Positions 23,674 through 33,235 of a DNA stretch of 33,235 bases are shown one piece after another. The position numbers and the translations under genes are program-made. Under the pieces are notes generated by a model. That model was given only the letters and a program-made list of their open reading frames with translations, had not been told where the DNA came from and did no database searches. The DNA is taken from NCBI GenBank assembly GCA_030141605.1, contig JAQGDQ010001595.1:1-33235 (forward strand), given 5' to 3'. Each line of letters starts with the position of its first letter. Position 1 is the first letter of the stretch. Source of the stretch: Tubiluchus corallicola. Lineage: Eukaryota > Animalia > Priapulida.

Positions 23674-24056
23674 AGTACCGTGCCGACCTGGATGGATCCC
23701 TGCTCCGCGAGCCAAATAGCAGCCCAGTTTACCAAGTGATGGACGGATGTAGGAAACAGGTTCCTGATGAAGAAACCTTCAACCAGCTGTACACCGGATG
23801 GGACAAGGTCAAAGACAACGACGTAACCTCTCAGATTTGCACCTGTGACCCTATTTCGAAGGGGGCGAAGTTGGTTCTGAAAGAAGGCGAAGGAGAGGCT
23901 ACAAAGGTTTACTTCGTCAGTAACAACATGAAGAGAGAAATAATGTCGCCACATGTCCAAGAAAAATACAATTTTGCCTTTGGTAAGATGGGAAAGATTC
24001 CACAAGAACTGGGAATAACTATCGATCTACTGCCTACAGGACCCCCAATTAATTAA
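23674..24056 (+). CDS. Small secreted two-repeat protein, main exon (147 aa in total; function unknown)
   Basis: Acceptor cttattttcag|AG joins the phase-1 G to give Glu in the open frame EYRADLDGSLLREPNSSPVYQVMDGCRKQVPDEETFNQLYTGWDKV...VYFVSNNMKREIMSPHVQEKYNFAFGK...IDLLPTGPPIN*. Composition is coding-like against an AT-rich background. Confidence 0.85.
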
Positions 24057-24349
24057 TATCTTAGTGCAGAAGTGGAAATAGGTGGAGGGGGAGGGTTTTT
24101 CTACCGTTAAAGTTTAGGGTTCAATTTTCATGTTTTGAACTAAGAAAATGCATCAAGAAAATATATTACATTTACTGATAAGAACTAAAGAGATTCTATG
24201 AATGTCATTCCTGTTTTTATCTTTAATTATTAATAGGAATTTTGTGTTTTTCCTTCGCTTTGCTTTGTCTTATCAAAAGTTGATCACCCCGAAATCTGAA
24301 AACCGTTAAAATTGAGTTTTTTGTTAGAAATGTTGTTCATAATGTCATA

Positions 24350-26868
24350 CAATGTATTGAAATGCACCATCTCCTGCTTCATGTATTGAAATGTACCATC
24401 TCCTGCTTCAATGTATTGAAATGTACCATCTCCTGCTTCAATGTATTGAAATGTACCATCTCCTGCTTCAATGTATTGAAATGTACCATCTCCTGCTTCA
24501 ATATATTGAAATGTACCATCTCCTGCTTCAATGTATTGAAATGTACCATCTCCTGCTTCAATGTATTGAAATGTACCATCTCCTGCTTCAATGTATTGAA
24601 ATGTACCATCTCCTGCTTCAATGTATTGAAATGTACCATCTCCTGCTTCAATGTATTGAAATGTACCATCTCCTGCTTCATGTATTGAAATGTACCATCT
24701 CCTCCTTCAATGTATTGAAATGTACCATCTCCTGCTTCAATGTATTGAAATGTACCATCTCCTGCTTCAATGTATTGAAATGTACCATCTCCTGCTTCAA
24801 TGTATTGAAATGTACCATCTCCTGCTTCAATGTATTGAAATGTACCATCTCCTGCTTCAATGTATTGAAATGTACCATCTCCTGCTTCAATGTATTGAAA
24901 TGTACCATCTCCTGCTTCAATGTATTGAAATGTACCATCTCCTGCTTCAATGTATTGAAATGTACCATCTCCTGCTTCAATGTATTGAAATGTACCATCT
25001 CCTGCTTCAATGTATTGAAATGTACCATCTCCTGCTTCAATGTATTGAAATGTACCATCTCCTGCTTCAATGTATTGAAATGTACCATCTCCTGCTTCAA
25101 TGTATTGAAATGTACCATCTCCTGCTTCAATGTATTGAAATGTACCATCTCCTGCTTCAATGTATTGAAATGTACCATCTCCTGCTTCAATGTATTGAAA
25201 TGTACCATCTCCTGCTTCAATGTATTGAAATGTACCATCTCCTGCTTCAATGTATTGAAATGTACCATCTCCTGCTTCAATGTATTGAAATGTACCATCT
25301 CCTGCTTCAATGTATTGAAATGTACCATCTCCTGCTTCAATGTATTGAAATGTACCATCTCCTGCTTCAATGTATTGAAATGTACCATCTCCTGCTTCAA
25401 TGTATTGAAATGTACCATCTCCTGCTTCAATGTATTGAAATGTACCATCTCCTGCTTCAATGTATTGAAATGTACCATCTCCTGCTTCATGTATTGAAAT
25501 GTACCATCCTGCTTCAATGTATTGAAATGTACCATCTCCTGCTTCAATGTATTGAAATGTACCATCTCCTGCTTCAATGTATTGAAATGTACCATCTCCT
25601 GCTTCAATGTATTGAAATGTACCATCTCCTGCTTCAATGTATTAAATGTACATTCCTGCTTCAATGTATTGAAATGTACCATCTCCTGCTTCAATGTATT
25701 GAAATGTACCATCTCCTGCTTCAATGTATTGAAATGTACCATCTCCTGCTTCAATGTATTGAAATGTACCATCTCCTGCTTCAATGTATTGAAATGTACC
25801 ATCTCCTGCTTCAATGTATTGAAATGTACCATCTCCTGCTTCAATGTATTGAAATGTACCATCTCCTGCTTCAATGTATTGAAATGTACCATCTCCTGCT
25901 TCAATGTATTGAAATGTACCATCTCCTGCTTCAATGTATTGAAATGTACCATCTCCTGCTTCAATGTATTGAAATGTACCATCTCCTGCTTCAATGTATT
26001 GAAATGTACCATCTCCTGCTTCAATGTATTGAAATGTACCATCTCCTGCTTCAATGTATTGAAATGTACCATCTCCTGCTTCAATGTATTGAAATGTACC
26101 ATCTCCTGCTTCAATGTATTGAAATGTACCATCTCCTGCTTCAATGTATTGAAATGTACCATCTCCTGCTTCAATGTATTGAAATGTACCATCTCCTGCT
26201 TCAATGTATTGAAATGTACCATCTCCTGCTTCAATGTATTGAAATGTACCATCTCCTGCTTCAATGTATTGAAATGTACCATCTCCTGCTTCAATGTATT
26301 GAAATGTACCATCTCCTGCTTCAATGTATTGAAATGTACCATCTCCTGCTTCAATGTATTGAAATGTACCATCTCCTGCTTCAACGTATTGAAATGTACC
26401 GTCTCCTGCTTCAATGTACTGAAATGTACCATCTCCTGCTTCAATGTATTGAAATGTACCATCTCCTGCTTCAATGTACTGAAATGTACCATCTCCTGCT
26501 TCAATGTATTGAAATGTACCATCTCCTGCTTCAACGTATTGAAATGTACCATCTCCTGCTTCAACGTATTGAAATGTACCATCTCCTGCTTCAACGTATT
26601 GAAATGTACCGTCTCCTGCTTCAATGTACTGAAATGTACCATCTCCTGCTTCAACGTATTGAAATGTACCGTCTCCTGCTTCAATGTACTGAAATGTACC
26701 ATCTCCTGCTTCAATGTATTGAAATGTACCATCTCCTGCTTCAATGTATTGAAATGTACCATCTCCTGCTTCAATGTATTGAAATGTACCATCTCCTGCT
26801 TCAACGTATTGAAATGTACCATCTCCTGCTTCAACGTATTGAAATGTACCGTCTCCTGCTTCAATGTA
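24350..26868. repeat. 30-bp minisatellite, about 84 copies
   Basis: Unit AATGTATTGAAATGTACCATCTCCTGCTTC, highly homogeneous. Confidence 0.98.
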
Positions 26869-29039
26869 AAAATTGTAGCTTTAAGCTTTTATAGGTGGAT
26901 TGGGCCTGTTGGGTGAATATTTTCGTTTAATGTGGTGAAAAATAAAAAAATGTGATGAGACTACTGTATTTGGTTTGTTTTTGGGGTTAAACCAAAAATG
27001 ACTGAATCAAGACTGACTTAATAACAGCAACCAAGAAGAGAAAAACAAAATGAAACCCGAAGCCGAACATGGCCCAGAATGCACTGCCCTCGAATCTACG
27101 AGAACAGGTTGCACGTTGATGTGACAGAGGTCACACAAATGTGTAGAAAATTTCATACTTTAATGGGGGAGTAGCGCTGAATCTCCGAGTTTGCCAAATT
27201 TCCCTTTCTTTAGTAACCAAAACCCAAAAAGTTTTTGAATAAAGAGATACATATTTATATGTAATCCACAGTACTTACTTGTGTTCAAGGCCTGCCAAAA
27301 AGAGAAAGGATTAATTGTAATTTTAACATATATGTATTTTACATATTTACATACACAAAACAACAGTGAAAACAAACAAATAATATTAAACGATGCAATC
27401 ATGTATATAAACTAATCAAGATAATAATCTGTATATAAACCGTCTAGACGGGGGTAATGTTCTGCGTTCTCTATGACACAGTATCTACACATTACCAATG
27501 AGTTAGTTTGAAAGAAAGCTTTTATAACATTAGATACGCATGATATCTAAAATGGTGATTTATATGTTTAAGATCACGTATGTCATGTTACCTTTACAAG
27601 GTCAGAACTAAATATGAATGTGGCTTCGACAAATGTTTGAAATCGCGAATGTTTTTACACTTGCAATAGTCCGCTAACATTGTTCAAATCAGTTTATTCA
27701 TCTTAAGCACAATATTGCCAAAATTAGGCCTATATTAACGGATGCAAGTCTTACACGACAAAAGTAGATGAGATGATCTGTTATTTACAAAATCAAAATG
27801 AGTTTTTAAATAGTAAGAGAGGCCCATGGGCTACAGTCCATTAAAGCCCATGCACTAATCTGGCACTGTCTTAAACGGGAGCAAATGCAGATTAGTCTAA
27901 CAAGGCTACAGTCTTAGGCCCTATGTTTGGGCTTTCAAAACCAAATTTGAAGCTCGATTAAATTTTGCTCTTTCTTTGCTCTTTATTTGCCAAAACATGT
28001 CATTCCATCTAAACATAAGAAATTAGTGTCAAAATTAATAATTATGTAAAAAGTCAATTTTACATAATTAAGAGTTCTACACTGTGCTGTCGTATTAATA
28101 AATACCTAGCTGTTATCTTAAAGTAAATTTAAATTTTATATAGTAATTAGAGTATATACGTGTATTATTAGCCCAAATCATAAGCAATTGTAACAGATAA
28201 CGACAATGTCTTATCAACTTAGACGCATCTTCACTTCACAGTAGGCCTCTAGGTAAAATTGATCACGTGATTAGGCCAAAAATCACCACAAGGTGGCCCA
28301 AGCCAACAGCAAGCGAAGGCCGCAAAGCACGCCAATGCAAGATTTCCACTACAGCCTAAATTTTGATAACACTGCAATCATATAACTACCTAATTTTACA
28401 TTCACTTTGTTGGTGTATTTTTACGTAAATTTCATTCCAAAATGAACAATAATTGAATTTAAAGAAATTGTACATAAACATCTAAACAACGATATCTAAA
28501 AACAACGTAGATCTTCATTTATTTCAAACAAATTAAGGAATTTAAAACACAAGAAACTGCTTAAAAATGCTCTTAGATGCCCCCAAACTCAAATTCAGTA
28601 AAATACGTGACCCCCCCACCCCGATGACTCCACGGATCTCGCTAGAAGAACTAACAGCTTTTGCTGACCCCTACCTGCATTTTGGACAATTGGGCAAAAC
28701 GACCCCCCCCCAATGCGTACTTTCAAACAACACCAAGGAACATCTCATTGTAAAAATCCATTTTAGTTGAAAATTTTTATAAAAAGTGAGTTAATCTAAA
28801 AAGATGGATTTTCATCTATGGAACATTGAACTTTGTCAACGCGTCTCTGCGTTTGTTAACTTCTAACAGACCCATGGTTAACTTTGTTCATAAATCTGGT
28901 CGCATACTACCATCTGGCCTAGCGTAGTACTTGTCTTATTATGAGGACTTCTTAAATTTGGTTACTTATTACACTATCCGTGGCTATTTCTGCTAATAAA
29001 TCTGTTCACTTACGACCATTTGAACTATATATATATATA

Positions 29040-29500
29040 ATAATCTTTATTTGCCATTAAAATACATTGATAATCACTGATAAAAACTTTACAGAGATGA
29101 TCAATCAGTGTTAGTTAATAAAAACTTACACTGCTAAAGGCAAATGCGTCAGTGCAATCTAAACTACTGTGCAGTAATGGAAAGTAACGACGAATAAAAT
29201 CAAACATATTTACAACTATGCACAAAAAATGAAAAAATATGATTTAATTAATATGGCCGTGGATATATGAATTCTGAATTAGTGTGTATGTTGGCGTGCT
29301 GGTGTGATGGTATTTCGTATCTGGTTAATATAGGTGATTTTAATTTTGTTTTAAATGCTGATAGGGACTTGATTTGTTTAACCTGTAATGGTAGAGAATT
29401 CCAAAGTAGAATTGCTTGTTTGACTACAGAGTTCGTTCCATATTGGGTATTTGTCCTAATTTGTTTTAGATTACTTCAATATAGTTTGTATGTCATTACT
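29040..29500 (-). mobile_element. CR1/L2-group LINE 3' end
   Basis: Minus strand reads RTNTQYGTNSVVKQAILLWNSLPLQVKQIKSLSAFKTKLKS (WNxLP...FKxxLK motif), then a 3' UTR ending AATAAAGATT before (TA)n. Confidence 0.75.
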
Positions 29501-29503
29501 TGA

Positions 29504-30107
29504 AGGAAGACAGGATGATTTTTCATTTACTACCCCATTTTCAAGTCCATTAAAAAGTATAAAGTTAACACGATTAGTACTGCAAAAGCGTTTCTGATCA
29601 TTTAATAATAGATTAAAAAGTTAATTAACGACGGGCGAACCCAAGTATTCATGACATAACAAACTAACATAATTTTAACAGTAAAAATATTCCAACGAGC
29701 GTGTTGCATGTGTTTGCGAAAGAGAAAATTGAAGTAATGTGCTGTAAGATATTCAGTGTGTTGTGTTAAAACTACACAACTTTTAAGATAGAAATTCAGA
29801 TTTAAAATATACCGCCGTACTCACGCATGTGCTGTCGAACGTGTGCAGTTCGTCACAAACTAACACATCTGAACTGAGAGGCACAGCACCTATGTGCAAT
29901 GCATTTCCGAAATGCAGGCTCTAATACCAGTCTACCTGGCGAATTGCATGTAACAGCGAAGAATTAGTGGCGCGAACAAGAAATTGTATTTGTGTGGTAA
30001 TACTTCTTTCACCAAAATCATTTTTGAAAAAAATAGCATGTTTATTTTCAATATTTTAAAGAGTAGATCGTTTTGACCTACAGTTTAAGATTGGATCTGG
30101 CTTAGCT
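29504..30107 (+). mobile_element. Non-autonomous DNA element, Kolobok-like, copy 2
   Basis: Collinear with 13360-13824, with about 140 bp extra internally. Ends are ttga|AGGAAG...AGCT|ttaa. Confidence 0.65.
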
Positions 30108-31039
30108 TTAAAATTATGTTATATTACGCTAAATTGTGTTCAAGCTTGGTGGCTTTTTGTGTTGTTGCTGACATTACTGTCCCTGCCAGTGCTGTCGACA
30201 ACATCGTTGTCACTGCTGTCGACATTGTTTGAAACGTCGCAAAGCCACGTTGTCATTAATTCAATGCTGACACACGATTAGCTCTAGTTATACAACTAGC
30301 AATAACTAGTTGATCGTTCTTGCATTTCAGCACCTGCCACGTTGAGCATTTTAATTGACGGTAGGCGGCAGTATAGTCGTTCCATAGACGTGCAATCAGG
30401 ACCAATTACAAACGTATCATGCAGAGCTGAAGGCAGTGGGACTAAACCAGTCATCAGTTGGTTCATTGGTAAATTTGGCTTCTCATTCAGCTAACTGCTT
30501 ACTTAGCTTTTTAGCTAACTGTTTATAAATGTTGTTGATGGCTTCACTAGTTAAATTTGATTTTGCTTTCTTACTTTGTTTCTGTTTTTAGAATCAAGGA
30601 ATAGATTTTTTATGCAGCTCTGTACATGTATTACATATCAAAATGAAGTGATGCTATGTTATGTTCCAACAAAAAAATCCATATTAATTTTATGTAAAAG
30701 ACTTCTGAGTGAAACATACCATGTCAATTTCAATTTTCTTGTATATCAAATGCCTCTTTATATAAATTGCTTTCAGGTAGCGAGACTAGCTTAAACCAAT
30801 ATGAGCCTGTATATGAGATCACCCTGTAACAACAATCATACGGACTAAGAACAGGCAGACAATAAGCCTTTTTAAAGTTTTCTTGTACGCCCACGCAGGT
30901 GCTGTAGGTCACCAAGCAACGCATCTTAACTACAACCATCACGTGATATTTGGGTAAAGCGAAGCCGTCTGGCGCAGCATTTCAGGTGTTTTACGTGGAC
31001 TTTACTTAACTATACCTTAGTCTGTGCATAGAGTTATTT

Positions 31040-31228
31040 ACTAGCAGGATCTTGCTTAGGAACAAGAAAAAATGAATTAGGTAAGGTTCCAGCTAGCTGT
31101 TATAACTGTTGCTATTACAATAACATGGGCTGTGAGGCGTTGTCAAGTGTACACAAACGCATTGTCTGGTACACTTAACCTTTGATTTTTCACGATCATC
31201 ATCAATCACTGGAAATGTGAAAAGGCTT
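31040..31228 (-). mobile_element. Partial second copy of the 3121-3458 element
   Basis: Diverged reverse complement of 3125-3314 (e.g. GAGGCGTTGTCAAGTGTACACAAA), including one terminal repeat. Confidence 0.8.
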
Positions 31229-31398
31229 ACTGAATTAGTCTGTCGATATCATTGTTGGTGGAAGTAGTGAATTATGATACTGATGCATGAAATGAAGACA
31301 ATACATGTCATATATTTCTTTCACTATAAGAGTTTTAACAGACAAGTAAATTATATTTGTGGGATGGTCATAACTTACATGAGATGATCTTTGAGTGA

Positions 31399-31507
31399 TC
31401 CCATACATACACGCATACATATGTGTACATATTCACATAATCCCATACATACATGCATACATATGTGTACATATTCACATAATCCCATACACACATGCAT
31501 ACATATG
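31399..31507. repeat. 42-bp tandem repeat, about 2.5 copies
   Basis: Unit TCCCATACATACA(C/T)GCATACATATGTGTACATATTCACATAA. Confidence 0.9.
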
Positions 31508-31822
31508 ACGTCAGTGGGCGTCATTAAAAATCGGCGCAGTGATTTCCTGGCGCTACATTTTCTCTGCAGCCGCTTCACTCACTGACCAGCCAGGTGCGCA
31601 AAGATTCATTAATACCTGTATAGATTGAACACTGAAACAGCACATGCTGTGCTCTGTGGTTGATCATTCATTGAGAAATGTTAGCTTATTATTTTTCGAC
31701 GATTTTGAACATCTTTGAAAAGCTTACAAAAGATTACCACGAAAACATGATATCAGTTGAAAGGAGACACGCGATTTACTCGTTTTACTAGTCAACATTT
31801 CATCTGCTTACAGTGTAGCGGA

Positions 31823-31961
31823 TATTTTTCATTCAAACCGTTATAAGTTCGTTGTGAATGTGGCATAAATTGACTGAAAAGAATTGAGTATTTTTCATTC
31901 AATCCGTCTTAAGTTCGTTATGAATGTGGCATAAATTGACTGAAAAGTGTTGAGTATTTTT
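31823..31961. repeat. 66-bp tandem duplication upstream of the Amt ATG
   Basis: TATTTTTCATTCAA...AAGTTCGTT(G/A)TGAATGTGGCATAAATTGACTGAAAAG..TTGAG occurs twice. Confidence 0.88.
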
Positions 31962-32109
31962 AAAGTCGCCATTTGTTGATCAAGTAAAGCCGCGATGTTG
32001 TTTGTTGTTGTGCAGTCATAGATGTAGCACTGACGAGTCATAGATATAATTCTTACACGTGTGGAGGGTGATGTTGTAAACCGGGTTCTCAGCTGTGAAG
32101 TAAAGCAGG

Positions 32110-32278
32110 ATGGAGAACAGTAACTCTTCCTCGCCTGTCGTCCCTCTTGGTTCACCTACCAAAGGTGAAATTGGTGAAGTGCAACATGGTGAGAACTTGC
32201 GCCACGTGGAGGGCTTGACGTGGGACGATGCAACATGGATTCTAACCAGCTCTTTTATTATTTTCACCATGCAATCTG
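32110..32278 (+). CDS. amt: Ammonium transporter (Amt/MEP family), first coding exon
   Basis: WDDATWILTSSFIIFTMQSG is the TM1 signature of invertebrate Amt proteins. Donor G|GTAAGT (phase 1). The window ends in TTTCAG, a plausible next acceptor. Confidence 0.88.
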
Positions 32279-32311
32279 GTAAGTGGTGGCAAAGTGGATT
32301 GGAAGGTGGGT

Positions 32312-32757
<446 letters not shown>

Positions 32758-33235
32758 TTTGATTTGATTTGATTTAACCCTTTGTTTCAGTTTCAATTAC
32801 AGTTCATAAGTTTGTGCGCAACATTTTCTGCCACAATTGTTTTCTCTTTGTGCTTAGCAAACAACTGAACGTACAAACTGACTAACCAATCAACAAACGA
32901 AAGAAAAAAAACTGAAAACCAGACAGACTACAGACAATCAAATAAATACACAGCTAGCCATCAAGTGCTCGCTATTGCAGTTTGCTGGTTTGTGTAATAT
33001 GAACGTAATTCGATTCTTATTGTTACAAGGATAGAAATAATTGATTCATATCTGTGGGGTTGCACTTTGGGTAGTCAAACAAAAGAGCATCTACTTTTTC
33101 ATTGTACGTTACCATTTCTTATGCAAAAAATAACAGTGAATCTCGAACGTGGTTTAGAACATAATGATATTCAGACCAATTACAGAAAGAGAGACACCAA
33201 CGTAATTAAAATGTATATAGATATTGACATTTCAG

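Noticed and set aside
24362-26916. 368-734-aa repetitive ORFs on both strands
   Set aside because: They result from a 30-bp unit lacking stops in several frames. Indels switch frames freely and there is no unique N- or C-terminal domain.
27800-28760. Short palindromes and C-runs suggestive of old MITE debris; 67-aa ORF at 28567
   Set aside because: No matched TIRs or TSD and no recognisable protein motif
30740-31030. GC-richer stretch that might be a SINE body or an exon
   Set aside because: No Pol III boxes, second copy or convincing reading frame identified

Overview
AT-rich, repeat-dense invertebrate animal genomic DNA with spliceosomal introns; the 5S-like sequence looks lophotrochozoan (recollection, not a search). 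Almost all long ORFs in the track are tandem-repeat artefacts. Four genes can be read. (1) The 3' end of a class A GPCR (2-286,+). (2) A 3-exon gene absent from the ORF track encoding a 128-aa secreted 12-Cys single IGFBP-domain protein (16103-16057, 11230-11077, 8628-8443, minus strand) with a GC-AG intron. (3) A divergently oriented gene for a 147-aa secreted protein with two internal repeats resembling a bacterial repeat family (22318-22378, 23674-24056,+). (4) The first coding exon of an Amt ammonium transporter (32110-32278,+). The most unusual structure is a 25-copy 77-bp minisatellite built from the signal-peptide exon and 5' splice site of gene 2. Other contents: a 5S-rRNA-headed SINE, hAT, piggyBac, Kolobok-like and Tc1 relics, LINE fragments (one nested with a 16-bp TSD), a long inverted repeat between the divergent genes, and 7/9-, 30- and 71-bp tandem arrays.
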